Shown piece by piece: positions 27,771 to 38,211 of a stretch of 64,000 nt of DNA. This DNA is from a virus. Taxonomy: Duplodnaviria; Caudoviricetes. The notes under the pieces are model-generated. The model saw only the letters and a list, made by a program, of their open reading frames with translations. It searched no databases and was not told the DNA's origin. Location: IMG/VR virus record IMGVR_UViG_3300033068_001920, positions 14,929-78,928 of that record; one strand, written 5' to 3'. The translations under genes were made by a program, and so were the position numbers. Position 1 is the stretch's first letter, and each line of letters opens with the position of its first letter.

Positions 27771-29416
27771 GCGCGCCCACGCGCTTCGGTGCCTGGCTTC
27801 GTGCCGATGATGTGAACCGCCTTGTCCGCGAGATCGATGTCGCGCTCAACGGCGCCGATGCTGCGCCGCAGGCGTCGCTGTGCGATATCGCTGGCCAAGT
27901 CTGCAAGGTATCGCGGGAAGGCGGCCCGATCCTTCAGCGCTTGGCCGCGTCGCCCAAGCCCGCGGGCGCGGCGCCGCTGCCGGATCGTGATATCGGCGGG
28001 CGCATCGTTCGCGAAGCCTGGATGCGCTGGGCGCTTACTCAAGCGTGTCCGAAGCCGTCATGGTTGGTTCCGTACGACGACCTGTCCGAAGCCGACAAGG
28101 AAGCCGATCGCCAGATTTTCGAGGCGTGCGCCGGCCGTGCACCGGCCGCCGGTGGGGTGCCTGCGGAATGGCGCGAATTCGTTGCCGAACTCGCCAACAC
28201 TGCCGGTGTTCAGATCAGCGGGAATTGGTTGTCGGCACGGGCGAAATCGTTGCTGGAAACCCTCCCGAAGAACCTGGCGGCCGAGCCCGCAGGGAAATGC
28301 TCCTGGTGCGGCGTGCTGGCCAGTATCGGCGCCGTCATTCCTGATGGGCGCTGGGTCTGCTCCCACGACTGCCATGTGCTGCTGAGCAGGGCCGAAGGCC
28401 GAGGGTCTGTCTTGAAAGTTCCCGAGGGCTGGCAGATCGCACGAAACGTCGTCGGCGGCATCCGGATCGATAACGCGAATGGATCATGGCTGAGCATGCC
28501 TCCGACCACTCCGCAGGACGGGCATGAGCCATTGGCGCAGCGCCTGCTGTACGGGTTGGCCGAAGCGCTGCTCTCGCAACCACAACTTGCCCATGTCGAA
28601 AAATCGAACAGCGCGAACGCGGACGAATTGCTGGCCGGCATCGGCTATCCCGCCGTGACCGATGCGCTCGGATTCTCAGAAAACTTCGCCGAGGCCAATC
28701 CGAACCTGACGCAGACCGCGAAAGATCACATCCTCGCGCTGTGCAAGATCATCCGCACCATCGCGCCGGCCGCGGCCCAGCCCACAGGTGGCGAGGTGGT
28801 ACGCATCAAGCAAAACTGTCCGCCGCCAACATGGATGTTCCCCGATGACGACGCGCCCACGGCGCGCGATAGACCGTCCACCCCTGTCGGCTGGAGCGAT
28901 AGCGACTGGCTTGCGCACTTGCAACTCGCTCAGTCCGCAGGGCTTGGCGAGGTCGATCAAGCGGTTTTCGCTAGCGCCATTCGTGCGTTCAATACGACAT
29001 ACGCCGCCAGCGGCAACCGTCCGCGCCGGTGCGGGAGAACGGCCGAAGCGCTGGCCGCCGCGCTCGCCGCGGCCGGCTTGGGGCAGGGTGTGAGCCCGGA
29101 ACTGATCGAACGATTCCGCGTCGCCGCGCGCGCGCTGATCGGCATTCGCCAGCCGCCAGCACCTGAAGGTCAGCAGCGCCCGGTCTACGCCGAGGATGTG
29201 GAAACGATGGCGGATGTGCTCCGCGTTCTGGAAGGCCTGGCCCAGCAACCTGCGCTGCATATGGACGACGCGATGAAAGAGCGGCTGATCGATGTGGCGT
29301 GGGATGAATATATCCGCGATGGCGCTGGTGGTGGCATCGTCACTGCCGCGGATATGCGCCGCATCGTCATCGCAGTGATCACCAGCATCACCTCTCATGA
29401 AGAAAAAGGAACCTGA
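27767..29416 (+). CDS. Mosaic hypothetical phage protein
   Basis: 549-aa ORF, GTGA overlap. Confidence 0.65.
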   Translation: MSAPTRFGAWLRADDVNRLVREIDVALNGADAAPQASLCDIAGQVCKVSREGGPILQRLAASPKPAGAAPLPDRDIGGRIVREAWMRWALTQACPKPSWLVPYDDLSEADKEADRQIFEACAGRAPAAGGVPAEWREFVAELANTAGVQISGNWLSARAKSLLETLPKNLAAEPAGKCSWCGVLASIGAVIPDGRWVCSHDCHVLLSRAEGRGSVLKVPEGWQIARNVVGGIRIDNANGSWLSMPPTTPQDGHEPLAQRLLYGLAEALLSQPQLAHVEKSNSANADELLAGIGYPAVTDALGFSENFAEANPNLTQTAKDHILALCKIIRTIAPAAAQPTGGEVVRIKQNCPPPTWMFPDDDAPTARDRPSTPVGWSDSDWLAHLQLAQSAGLGEVDQAVFASAIRAFNTTYAASGNRPRRCGRTAEALAAALAAAGLGQGVSPELIERFRVAARALIGIRQPPAPEGQQRPVYAEDVETMADVLRVLEGLAQQPALHMDDAMKERLIDVAWDEYIRDGAGGGIVTAADMRRIVIAVITSITSHEEKGT

Positions 29417-29417
29417 C

Positions 29418-29909
29418 ATGGCACGCGGCGTCAACAAAGTGATCCTGGTCGGCAACATCGGCAACGATCCCGAAACCAAATACACCCAGGGCGGCATGGC
29501 CGTCACCAAAGTCAGTCTGGCGACCACCTCGGTGCGCAAGGACAAGGAAGGCAATACCCAGGAGCGCACCGAGTGGCACCGGGTGACCTTCTTCGGCAAG
29601 CTCGGCGAGATCGCCGGCGAGTACCTGCGCAAGGGCAGCCAGGTCTACGTAGAAGGCTCGATCCGGTACAGCGAGTCCGACAAAGACGGCGTCAAGCGGT
29701 ACTACACCGACATCATCGCCGACGAGATGCAGATGCTCGGCGGCCGCGGCGACGGCGAATCCGGCGGCGATCGAGCCGCGCGCACGCCGCGCGAAAGCAG
29801 CAGCGGCAGCGGGCAGCGCACCGGCACCGGTTACGGCCAGCGCCAGGCCCCGCCGTCCAGTTCGCCGCCGCCGATGGACGATTTCGCAGACGACGACATC
29901 CCGTTCTGA
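29418..29909 (+). CDS. ssb: Single-stranded DNA-binding protein
   Basis: [13 protein letters not shown]...TEWHRV...[11 protein letters not shown]; C-terminus DDDIPF. Confidence 0.97.
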   Translation: MARGVNKVILVGNIGNDPETKYTQGGMAVTKVSLATTSVRKDKEGNTQERTEWHRVTFFGKLGEIAGEYLRKGSQVYVEGSIRYSESDKDGVKRYYTDIIADEMQMLGGRGDGESGGDRAARTPRESSSGSGQRTGTGYGQRQAPPSSSPPPMDDFADDDIPF

Positions 29910-29957
29910 TTCACCACATCCCACCTAATTGCCGGCGACGCCGGCCAAGGACTCACC

Positions 29958-31268
29958 ATGTTTTTCTCCAATCTCACGATGTTCCGTTTCCCCACCTCGC
30001 TGGACCTGAGCGCGCTTGAGGCGGGCGTCGCGGAAGTTCCGCTCAAACCCGTAGGCCCGCTGGAACTGGCATCGATCGGCTTCGTCGCTCCGTTCGGCCG
30101 GGACTCCGAATCCTTGGTCTATCGCAGCGGCGACTTTATCTGGCTGGCGATCGGCGGCGAGGAAAAGATCCTTCCCGGCGCGGTGGTCAACGACATGCTG
30201 CAGAAGAAGTTGGCCGAGATCGAGGAAAAGGAAGGCCGCAAACTCGGCGGCCGCGCGCGCAAGCGCCTGAAGGAAGACTTGGTGAACGAGATGCTGCCCA
30301 AGGCGTTCGTGAAACCGGTGCGGATGGACGTGATGATCGACGCCGGACGCGGCGTGGTCTACGTCAACACGACGAGCCGGCGCGGCGCCGAGTCCGCGGT
30401 CAGCATGATCCGTTCCGCGCTGGGCAGCTTCCCGGCGCTGCCGCTGAACGCCGAAGTCGCTCCGCGGGCGGTCCTGACCGGTTGGATCGCCGGCGAGCCG
30501 CTGCCCGAACGGCTGGAACTCGGCGACGACGCCGAACTGAAGGATCCGACCGATAGCGGCGCGACCGTCAAGCTGGCGCGTCAGGAACTGCTGGGCGAGG
30601 AAGTGGGCCGGCATCTGGAAGCCGGAAAGCAGTGCGCGAAACTCGGAATGACCATGGACGACCACCTGTCGTTCGCCATCGGCGAGGATCTGGTCATCCG
30701 CAAGGTCAAGTTCCTGGACGGCGCGCTGGACACCATGGACAGCGACAACATCGAGGACTGGAACTCGGAACTGGCCGCACGCTTCGCCCTGCAGTCCGGC
30801 ACCGTTTCGACCCTGTTCGACTGCCTCTCGGAGCACCTGAAGTTCAGCGCCGCCGAGGGCACGCCGGCGAAGGCCGACACCGCGTTCAACACCGGGCCGC
30901 TGCAGAACCCCGAGGATCTGCGCAGGGGGCACATCGAGGACGCCGCAAGCCGCGCGCAGCAGCGCATGGACGAAAAGGATCCGCTCTACGACAAAGCGGT
31001 CATGATCGTCATGGACGGCACCGGCGCGGGAATCGCGCGCGTCCAGCGCGTCCTCCAGATCGGCTACAACCGCGCCGCGCGCTTGGTCGAAGCGATGGAA
31101 CTCGCTGGCGTGCTGTCGGCGCCGAGCGCCACTGGCGAACGCACGCTGCTGGCCAAGCCGGGTACCGCCAGCGCGCGCCGGGAGATGTCCGACCGCGACT
31201 TCGCGGCCCACCCGGCTGGTCTGCGGGATGGTTCCACCGCTCGCGTCGATGGCGTGGGTGAAGAATGA
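29958..31268 (+). CDS. rdgC: RdgC fused to an FtsK gamma (wHTH) domain
   Basis: [11 protein letters not shown]...KILP..VV; C-terminal DPLYDKAV...[20 protein letters not shown]. Confidence 0.92.
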   Translation: MFFSNLTMFRFPTSLDLSALEAGVAEVPLKPVGPLELASIGFVAPFGRDSESLVYRSGDFIWLAIGGEEKILPGAVVNDMLQKKLAEIEEKEGRKLGGRARKRLKEDLVNEMLPKAFVKPVRMDVMIDAGRGVVYVNTTSRRGAESAVSMIRSALGSFPALPLNAEVAPRAVLTGWIAGEPLPERLELGDDAELKDPTDSGATVKLARQELLGEEVGRHLEAGKQCAKLGMTMDDHLSFAIGEDLVIRKVKFLDGALDTMDSDNIEDWNSELAARFALQSGTVSTLFDCLSEHLKFSAAEGTPAKADTAFNTGPLQNPEDLRRGHIEDAASRAQQRMDEKDPLYDKAVMIVMDGTGAGIARVQRVLQIGYNRAARLVEAMELAGVLSAPSATGERTLLAKPGTASARREMSDRDFAAHPAGLRDGSTARVDGVGEE

Positions 31269-32008
31269 AACCACTCGGCATCAAGAACTACGGCAGCATC
31301 GGCCATCTGCCGTGCTCGCGGATTGGCCCCGGCGATCACCATGTCCATGATGGCCAAGCCGCGATCTGCACGACCAAGGTCCGCGACCGGCACGATCTTG
31401 TCATCGTCCAGGAAAAACTGGACGGGTCAAACGTCGGCGCGGCGAAGGTCAACGGCGAGATCCACGCGCTCACCCGCGCCGGCTACCTCGCGAGCACTTC
31501 GCCCTATGAGCAGCACCACCGGTTCGGCGAATGGGTCGCGCGCAACGCCTCGCGCTTCGCCGCGGTGCTGCAGGAAGGTGAGCGCATCGTCGGCGAGTGG
31601 CTTCTCCAGGCGCACGGCACGCGCTACCTGCTGAAGCATGAGCCGTTCGTGGCTTTCGACCTGATGCGCGGCAAAGAGCGCACACCGTTCACCGAGTTCC
31701 GCGAGCGCGTCAGTGGGCACTTCGTGATGCCGTACCTGATCCACGTCGGCGGAGCGCTCAGCGTTGCCGATGCAATGGCTGCCATGGGTGAAATGGGCCA
31801 GCACGGCGCCATGGAGCCTGTCGAGGGCGTTATGTACCGCGTCGAGCGGAACGAACAGCGCGGCACCGAGCGCGTGCAGGTCGTCGATTTTCTGGCCAAG
31901 TACGTGCGTCCGGACAAGGCCGACGGCTGCTATCTGGAAGGCGTCACCGGCGGCCCGGCCGTCTACAACGATCGGCAGTGGTGGGTGCCTGGCTCGGAAC
32001 TCGCCTGA
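31265..32008 (+). CDS. RNA ligase (Rnl2-like nucleotidyltransferase)
   Basis: Motif I QEKLDGSN; IVGEW; FVAFD; EGVMYR; AKYV. Confidence 0.75.
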   Translation: MKPLGIKNYGSIGHLPCSRIGPGDHHVHDGQAAICTTKVRDRHDLVIVQEKLDGSNVGAAKVNGEIHALTRAGYLASTSPYEQHHRFGEWVARNASRFAAVLQEGERIVGEWLLQAHGTRYLLKHEPFVAFDLMRGKERTPFTEFRERVSGHFVMPYLIHVGGALSVADAMAAMGEMGQHGAMEPVEGVMYRVERNEQRGTERVQVVDFLAKYVRPDKADGCYLEGVTGGPAVYNDRQWWVPGSELA

Positions 32009-32343
32009 TGCCCGCGTATGTGGACGACATGCGTGCACCGTTTGGCCGGATGATCATGTGCCACCTGATCGCCGACTCCGACGATGAGTTGCACGCCATG
32101 GCCGACACGATCGGCGTCGCGCGGCGCTGGCATCAGAAGCCGCCGAAGGCCTCCCACAGTCACTACGACATCGCACTGAGCAAGCGCGCCGCGGCGATCG
32201 CCGCCGGCGCGGTGCCGATTACCTGGCGGCAGACGGCCATGATGTGCCGGCGGCGCGCCGTGACCGGATCGCTCGGAACCCCTGAAACAGCGGAGGAGTG
32301 GTTCAACTCCTACCGCTCCGAACCCAAGAAGGACCAAGCATGA
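32008..32343 (+). CDS. DUF4031 protein
   Basis: YVDD...MCHLIADSDDELHAMA..IG...W.Q...HYDI. Confidence 0.85.
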   Translation: MPAYVDDMRAPFGRMIMCHLIADSDDELHAMADTIGVARRWHQKPPKASHSHYDIALSKRAAAIAAGAVPITWRQTAMMCRRRAVTGSLGTPETAEEWFNSYRSEPKKDQA

Positions 32344-32783
32344 ACACCAAAGAATCAATCGCTGCTGCCATCAACGGTGTTGAATATCCCTGCGATATCC
32401 TGCCCGCCATCATCGCCGAAGCGAAGGCAGCCGGCCTCGTCATCGTCTTCGGTGCCTCCGACGATCTGATGGAGTTCCGCGGCGCGATCTACGACGAAGT
32501 TGGCGTTGATGGCGGCGGCACCGCTCACCTTGACCGCGAAGGCATTCTGGTCCGCGACCAGTGCGAATCGGACGAAGAGATCGCCGACCATATGATTCGC
32601 AAGCGCACCTCCCGGAAGATCGAAGCGCTCTGGTGCGCCGAGGGCGACTATTCGTGGACGTACGCCACCGATCTGCCTCACTCTACGTTTGACGTAGTAG
32701 AAGACGGCACGCCGTACTGCCGCGGCATCGTATTCGCACTGGCCGACCTGCCCGAAGCGCAGCGCGCGGGTGAGCCCGCATGA
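32340..32783 (+). CDS. Conserved hypothetical phage protein
   Basis: AKAAGLVIVFGASDDLMEFRGAIYDE...YCRGIVF. Confidence 0.8.
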   Translation: MNTKESIAAAINGVEYPCDILPAIIAEAKAAGLVIVFGASDDLMEFRGAIYDEVGVDGGGTAHLDREGILVRDQCESDEEIADHMIRKRTSRKIEALWCAEGDYSWTYATDLPHSTFDVVEDGTPYCRGIVFALADLPEAQRAGEPA

Positions 32784-33736
32784 GCCGGCACAAAGCCAAC
32801 CGTGCCGAGGTGCTGACGGCATTCCTTCGCGACACCGCCGAGCACAAGATGGAGGTCGTGCTTGACCAGGGTCTGCATCGCCACCTGAAGTTCCGGAAGC
32901 CCGGCACGGGCTGCTACGGCTTCGACATCGTGACATGGCCCGGGTATCTGGCAATCTCGGGCGACATGGGTGCGGCGATGTTCACGCGCCTGCCCGACAT
33001 GCTCGAATTCTTCCGGGACAAACCTGATCGCCACGACGCCGGCGGCGGGCTCTACATCAACTGTGGGTACTGGGCCGAGAAGTGCGTCGCAAACGACGGC
33101 GAGAAGAAGGAATTCGACACGGACCTGTTCCGTGAATGCGTGAAGGCGCGATTCGACGAATACGTGGAGGAGCACACCGAGGAAGGCGAGGCGCCGCCGG
33201 CCTGGGCCGCGGAACTGTGGGAAGAGATCGAACAGGATGTCCTGCTCACGACCGAGGATCACGAATCGACCTTCTTCGCGATCAAGAACATGGACGAATT
33301 CAAGCCCGATGGTGCCGAGTACGAAGGGTTTCGATTTTCGGATGCGTGGGAGTCCAGCAACTCGCTGGAGGACTACCGCTTCCACTTCATCTGGCGCCTT
33401 TACGCGATCGCGTACGCGGTGCGCGCCTACGATGAGACCAAGGCGGTGGCCGAAAAGATCAAGAAGCACGGCATCGTGAGTTTGGCTCATCAATGGCTGC
33501 CCGCTCCATTTTGGCCTATGGACGCGCAGAATCCTCTAGCAAAAGCGGTCCTAAAGTGCAGTATTTGTGGCGCACTGAAGGTCATAGGTCATCCAATGCC
33601 TGCACCCTGCATCCCAAAGTTGGAAGCCGAAAACTCCGGCTTCTCAAACGACAAGTTGCAGTTGCAGCAAATCGTGGATCACGCTCAATTCCATCTCAAT
33701 GCTGGGCTTGACCCCGCACCGGTGGTGTCGGCATGA
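32780..33736 (+). CDS. Conserved hypothetical phage protein
   Basis: LHRHLKF...FDIVTWPGYLAISGDMG...YWAEK. Confidence 0.8.
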   Translation: MSRHKANRAEVLTAFLRDTAEHKMEVVLDQGLHRHLKFRKPGTGCYGFDIVTWPGYLAISGDMGAAMFTRLPDMLEFFRDKPDRHDAGGGLYINCGYWAEKCVANDGEKKEFDTDLFRECVKARFDEYVEEHTEEGEAPPAWAAELWEEIEQDVLLTTEDHESTFFAIKNMDEFKPDGAEYEGFRFSDAWESSNSLEDYRFHFIWRLYAIAYAVRAYDETKAVAEKIKKHGIVSLAHQWLPAPFWPMDAQNPLAKAVLKCSICGALKVIGHPMPAPCIPKLEAENSGFSNDKLQLQQIVDHAQFHLNAGLDPAPVVSA

Positions 33737-33942
33737 CGCTCTGGGACTTCTGGCACGCGCATCCATTCCTGGCGTGGTGCGCGCTTTGGCTGCTCTGGGC
33801 AGTCGTGCCATTGGCGCAGTTGATGGTCAGTGTCATCATCCGCATCCTGAGATCGATCAAGGTTCTCTGCCGCGGGTGGCCGCCTCCCCACCTTGATGCC
33901 GATGGCGACTGGCGCCCACTGCCGAAGGATCCAGAACCGTGA
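33733..33942 (+). CDS. Small membrane protein
   Basis: TM segment followed by GWPPPHLDADGD. Confidence 0.65.
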   Translation: MTLWDFWHAHPFLAWCALWLLWAVVPLAQLMVSVIIRILRSIKVLCRGWPPPHLDADGDWRPLPKDPEP

Positions 33943-34439
33943 ACGACCTCCCCTACCGCGCCATGGTTTTCGCCCGCGAGACGCACAAGGACCAGCGCCG
34001 CAAGTACACCGATGAACCCTACTTCCTGCACCTCGCCGAGGTGGCTGGAATCGTGGCGACGGTGGCCCCGGTTGGCATGACTGGATTGATGCTCGCGACA
34101 TCGTACCTCCATGACTCGCGAGAGGATCAGGGCTTAACCCATGGCGATTTGAGCAATCGGTTCGGTGTCAACGTGGCTTATGGCGTCACAATGCTGTCCG
34201 ATCTAGAACCAGGGAATCGCGCCGAGCGCAAGGCCGCTGCGCGCGCGCGACTCGCACTTGCGCGCGGCTGGGTCCAGACGATCAAAGTCGCCGATGTGAT
34301 CAGCAACACGTCCAGTATCGTCAGATACGACCCGAAGTTCGCGGTCGTCTACTTGGATGAGGTCCGGAAACTTCTGGACGTGCTGACCGAAGCCGACACG
34401 CGCCTGCTCGCCATGGCGCGCGAGCAGATCAGGGCGTAG
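33939..34439 (+). CDS. HD-domain hydrolase (MESH1/SpoT-HD-like)
   Basis: H.DQRRKYT.EPY..H...V, LHD..ED, IKVAD.ISN. Confidence 0.88.
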   Translation: MNDLPYRAMVFARETHKDQRRKYTDEPYFLHLAEVAGIVATVAPVGMTGLMLATSYLHDSREDQGLTHGDLSNRFGVNVAYGVTMLSDLEPGNRAERKAAARARLALARGWVQTIKVADVISNTSSIVRYDPKFAVVYLDEVRKLLDVLTEADTRLLAMAREQIRA

Positions 34440-34443
34440 CGGC

Positions 34444-34728
34444 TCACTTCGCCGGCGGGACCATCAGGCAACCAGCGGCCGCGGCTTCCCAGTCGCGGCC
34501 GTATTGCTTCGCGGCTTCCAAGTCGGCGACCGCCAACTCCAGCGCCGGCGACAGGCCTGGCCAAGCGCCGTTGCCGTATTGGTAGACCGGCTTCGCCGGC
34601 GCCGCGCTCACGCACGGCACCTTCACGGGCACCTTGACCTCTTGGGTCTGGACTTGGATGCGGCGCTCCTGGGTCGCGCAGCCAGCGATCGAGAGGACGA
34701 CGATGGCGAGAATGTAGAGGCGGATCAT
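34444..34728 (-). CDS. o-spanin (Rz1-like lipoprotein)
   Basis: Signal peptide with lipobox IAGC; VKVPVKVPC. Confidence 0.75.
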   Translation of the reverse strand: MIRLYILAIVVLSIAGCATQERRIQVQTQEVKVPVKVPCVSAAPAKPVYQYGNGAWPGLSPALELAVADLEAAKQYGRDWEAAAAGCLMVPPAK

Positions 34729-35129
34729 GCTGGGATCTCCGGCAGGTCCAAGGTCTGGCCTGCGTAGGCGTGGGTGCAGTCGCTGAGGAACGTGATGCGA
34801 CCGTTGGTGATGAAGGAGTGGCACAGGCAGCAGGCGAACCCCGGGTCTCCCTTGTCGGGGTACCGTTTCGACCATGTGCAGTAGCACTGCTCCGTGTTGC
34901 CATCGGCGTAGTGCCCCACCCGGTTCAGGACCGATGGCGAGAACGTCGGGAGATCAAGGTCGCCGTTGAAGCCCCATCCCGCCGCGCTTGGCCGGTGCGG
35001 TGATCGCTCCATGCCGGGCGGCGTCCAGCCGACGGCCAAGGTCGCCCCGCCGCAAACGCCGCACGGGCAGAGAAACTTGACCCCGTAGAAACGACCCTCG
35101 CTGTCCGTGACTACTTCGGCTCTGGCCAT
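34725..35129 (-). CDS. DUF6527-family Cys/His-rich protein
   Basis: FLCPCG...W.FNGDL..PTFSPSVL...CHSFITNGRI.FL.DCTH..AGQT..L. Confidence 0.8.
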   Translation of the reverse strand: MARAEVVTDSEGRFYGVKFLCPCGVCGGATLAVGWTPPGMERSPHRPSAAGWGFNGDLDLPTFSPSVLNRVGHYADGNTEQCYCTWSKRYPDKGDPGFACCLCHSFITNGRITFLSDCTHAYAGQTLDLPEIPA

Positions 35130-35560
35130 CGCGAGGCCTCCCAGTAGGCCTTCATGGCATCCTCGGGCGTAGCGCCGGACTTGAGCATGCGCTGCAGGTC
35201 CGCGACGCGCTTCGCCGCGGCCTTCGCCTGTACCTCCGCGGCTTTGCGGGCCTCGGCCTGCAGGCGCGCGGTCTCGGCGGTGGCGAGCTCGAGCGCGGCG
35301 ATCGCGTCGTTCTGCGTCTTGATTGATGCCCGCAGATCCTTGATGCTGGTGTCGCGGTCCTGGACATCCTGCTTCAGTTCGGTGACCTTGTTTTCGGCCG
35401 CGGTGACCTTTTCCTGCCAGGCGTCGTTCGCGCGCCAAGTGGCGATCTTCCAGGCACCCCAGCCGCCGAGGCTGGCCGACCCGGCGACGACGAAGAACAG
35501 TGCGGCGAGGCCGGCGGCGAGGCGGTATGGCGCGGGAATCAGGTTCAGCAGGAATTTCAT
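35111..35560 (-). CDS. i-spanin (Rz-like)
   Basis: N-terminal TM followed by long coiled coil. Confidence 0.7.
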   Translation of the reverse strand: MKFLLNLIPAPYRLAAGLAALFFVVAGSASLGGWGAWKIATWRANDAWQEKVTAAENKVTELKQDVQDRDTSIKDLRASIKTQNDAIAALELATAETARLQAEARKAAEVQAKAAAKRVADLQRMLKSGATPEDAMKAYWEASRWPEPK

Positions 35561-35892
35561 GCGAATGTCCAGGCAAGAAGGCACCACGCCGCCTTGCACG
35601 TGAGGTGGAGGAATTGGTCCGCGTTGAACCCGATCCGTCCGCGACATTTCATGTCGTCGATCACGCCATGAGCGACGAACTCGAGCGCGGCAAGCCAGAT
35701 TGAACCGGTCAAGATGCCGACGCCGGCGGCATGAATCAGCGCGTGGGCGCCCATGGCCTGAAACCAAGGAACACCCGGAATCGGGCTGAGCCGATTCTTC
35801 GCCTTGGACAGGAAATCGCCCTGCAACGGATAATCGGCGAGCGCATGCCAAGCGGCAAGCAGGAAAAACATGGTGATGGGCGTCACAGGCAT
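35557..35892 (-). CDS. DUF3307 membrane protein
   Basis: HALADYPLQG...HALIH...HGVIDDMK...DQFLH. Confidence 0.8.
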   Translation of the reverse strand: MPVTPITMFFLLAAWHALADYPLQGDFLSKAKNRLSPIPGVPWFQAMGAHALIHAAGVGILTGSIWLAALEFVAHGVIDDMKCRGRIGFNADQFLHLTCKAAWCLLAWTFA

Positions 35893-36165
35893 GAGTGCGT
35901 ACCGCTGTTGATTGGATGGTCGGCGGCCGCCAGCAGCGCTGCCTTGATGGAATGCCCATCCATGGGCGGGCCGATGAGGGTGACGCTCAGCGCGCCGGCC
36001 GCGTTCAATTCGACCAGCAGCGCATTCGCCGGCATGTCCGCCTCGCCGTTCGCGACCCTGTCCGCGTGCAGCCGGTACTGGCCGGCAACGTTGGCGGCGT
36101 CAGGAAGCCCGGAGCGCAGCGGCAGCATCAGGTGCGACAGGCTTCGGCGAACCCTGACAGGGTCA

Positions 36166-36591
36166 TCAGTGGCCTTGCCGGGTCGGCGGGGCGGGGCGGG
36201 GCGGGTCCGGAAGCAGCGGAGCATTGATCGGGTGACTTTCCGGAACCGGATCCGAAATGATCCGCAGGTTCCGCTGCTGCACCACGCGCGCCAAGCCGGC
36301 CGCAGCCAGCGCGGCGATCGCCATCCATCCAAACACGCTCGGAACCCATTCGGGGACGCGCGAGATCCAGTCGGCCGGGATCAGCGACCAGCCCGTTCGT
36401 GCCGGCTCGATCAGGGCTTCCAGCGTTTGGCTGAAAAGTTGCAGTGCGCCAGAGATGCCCATCCAACGCATTGACCACCACTTGCGGGCGTTCGCTGCGT
36501 CCGGCACCAGCGGCAGGCCCAGAACCTTTTTCTTCGGCGGCAGCGGAAGGATGATCTCCTCCTCTTCGCCCTTCGTCGTGAACTGCGTCAT
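36166..36591 (-). CDS. Holin-like membrane protein
   Basis: NARKWWSMR...two TM segments...ARVVQQ; in lysis cluster. Confidence 0.6.
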   Translation of the reverse strand: MTQFTTKGEEEEIILPLPPKKKVLGLPLVPDAANARKWWSMRWMGISGALQLFSQTLEALIEPARTGWSLIPADWISRVPEWVPSVFGWMAIAALAAAGLARVVQQRNLRIISDPVPESHPINAPLLPDPPRPAPPTRQGH

Positions 36592-37019
36592 TTCCTGGAT
36601 TCCTGCTGCGGGTATTGGTTGATTCGGGGCACGACGCCCTTCCAGATGTAGCCACGCACGATCTGCGCTTCTTCGCGCGCCCAAGCCGCATGCGCTTCGC
36701 TGCGCGCGCGGTCGGCTTGCATATCGATCCGCATATCAGTCACTCGCTGCCCTTGGAAGAACGCGATGACGACCGCCACTGATGCCACGAATGCCATGGC
36801 CCAGACCAGTCGCTCCATTCGACCGATCAACGGCGGAATCTGGTTCTGCTGCGGAATGTTGACCTGCTGCACCTGGCCCGTTGATTGTGCACGGATCGTT
36901 TCTGACAGGCCGCGAAGGATCTCGGTCTGCTCCTTCACCGATTCGCCCATCGTTGTCGCAAGGCCGCCAAGCATCTCGGCGATCTGATCGATTTCCGACT
37001 TCTTGATCATGCCGCTCAC
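36588..37019 (-). CDS. Single-TM coiled-coil protein (lysis region)
   Basis: Coupled ORF with TM LVWAMAFVASVAVVIAFF. Confidence 0.65.
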   Translation of the reverse strand: MSGMIKKSEIDQIAEMLGGLATTMGESVKEQTEILRGLSETIRAQSTGQVQQVNIPQQNQIPPLIGRMERLVWAMAFVASVAVVIAFFQGQRVTDMRIDMQADRARSEAHAAWAREEAQIVRGYIWKGVVPRINQYPQQESRK

Positions 37020-37354
37020 CGGCGAGCCGCCGATATCACAAGTTGATCAGCGATGGGCTTGAGCATGGCTTGCACAGCTTCGGTGTATTGCCGCTGCGAT
37101 TCGCCAAGTTGAGCAATCGATGCTTCCATTCTCCGAATGTCTTCCTTCGTGGCGTATTCGTCACGGACGCTTGCGCCGATACGTGCCTCCATGGCCATCT
37201 GTGCGAGTTCAAGTGCATGCACCTGATTCTTCAGCGCGTCATCGCTCCCGAACAGGCGGTTCAGAAAAAACATCCCGATCACCGTCAAAATAGGGACGAC
37301 GATAGCGAACACGCCGATGAGAATCATGATATGCGCGGTCGTGATCTCGCCCAT
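37016..37354 (-). CDS. Single-TM coiled-coil protein (possible holin/antiholin)
   Basis: ATG overlaps endolysin stop; N-terminal TM. Confidence 0.6.
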   Translation of the reverse strand: MGEITTAHIMILIGVFAIVVPILTVIGMFFLNRLFGSDDALKNQVHALELAQMAMEARIGASVRDEYATKEDIRRMEASIAQLGESQRQYTEAVQAMLKPIADQLVISAARR

Positions 37355-37932
37355 CAGACTGTCGCTCCGCTGAATTTCTTGTACGCCGCCGCGAGCTTGG
37401 TGTCGTACTTGAACCTGCGGTAGTTCGACCCGTTGTAGAGCCGCGCGAATTCCGCCCAGTTCAGCGCCTTCAGTGCGTTCCACCTGGTCTTGTTCGCCTT
37501 GATGAAGCCGACGAACAGGTCAAGTTGGGAACCCTCGCTCTCGTGCATCTTGTTCATGAAGTCTTGCAGCGACTCCGCGCCGGCCTCGGCCCAGTTGCTG
37601 CCCAAGATCTGCGGCTTGCCCCAACTCGCCGACATCAGCGCGGCTTCGCGATCGAGCGCGGCCGCGCGCGCCAACTTGGCATGCTGGACGCTGTAGGGGC
37701 CGTAGCCGCCCGCGATCGGATTGCTGATATCTGGGTACTTCTTGTCGAAGCGGCCCCGCGTGTGCTTGCTGAACTTGTGCCGTTCGAACAGGATCGAAAC
37801 CTGCCCATCGGCTTGGAATCCGCCCCGCGGCGCTTCGACTTCAAGAACCGCTTTCACCGCGGCGACCCGGGCGCCAAGATTCTTGGCAGCACGGGCGAAG
37901 TCGGCTTCGGTAAGCAGCGATTTTTTCGACAT
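37354..37932 (-). CDS. Endolysin, N-acetylmuramidase (DUF3380)
   Basis: VLEVEA..GGF...ILFERH.F...SASWG.PQI.G.N...ARLYNG. Confidence 0.92.
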   Translation of the reverse strand: MSKKSLLTEADFARAAKNLGARVAAVKAVLEVEAPRGGFQADGQVSILFERHKFSKHTRGRFDKKYPDISNPIAGGYGPYSVQHAKLARAAALDREAALMSASWGKPQILGSNWAEAGAESLQDFMNKMHESEGSQLDLFVGFIKANKTRWNALKALNWAEFARLYNGSNYRRFKYDTKLAAAYKKFSGATV

Positions 37933-37961
37933 CGGGCGCGATCTCCTGTTGCGTCCAGACA

Positions 37962-38005
37962 ATCATCGCGCCGCGAGCCAATGGTGACGCGTTTCGGTTT
38001 CCGAA
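37962..38005 (-). promoter_or_regulatory. Candidate late promoter TTCGGAAA-N30-GATGAT
   Basis: Upstream of endolysin; shared architecture. Confidence 0.5.
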
Positions 38006-38006
38006 C

Positions 38007-38210
38007 CTATCGCGGAGAGACCGCTTGCGCCAATCCGCGGATCTGCTTGCTCAATCCGTCAATTCGCCCGAACAGCGCGCCAGGCAGCCGCAGTGCGTTG
38101 TCCCTCGCCTGCTTCCATGCCTTGTAGGCGTCGGATTCGTAGAGCGCGTCAATGCGGCTCACCGGCAGCGAATCGACCGCGGTGAAGTCCTGGCCCAAGA
38201 ATAGCGCCAA
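38007..38210 (-). CDS. Small tail-assembly-chaperone-like ORF (own TTG start or frameshift extension)
   Basis: LIELALFLGQDFTAVDSLPVSRI resembles C-terminal chaperone extensions; +1 frame relative to upstream gene. Confidence 0.5.
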   Translation of the reverse strand: MALFLGQDFTAVDSLPVSRIDALYESDAYKAWKQARDNALRLPGALFGRIDGLSKQIRGLAQAVSPR

Positions 38211-38211
38211 C

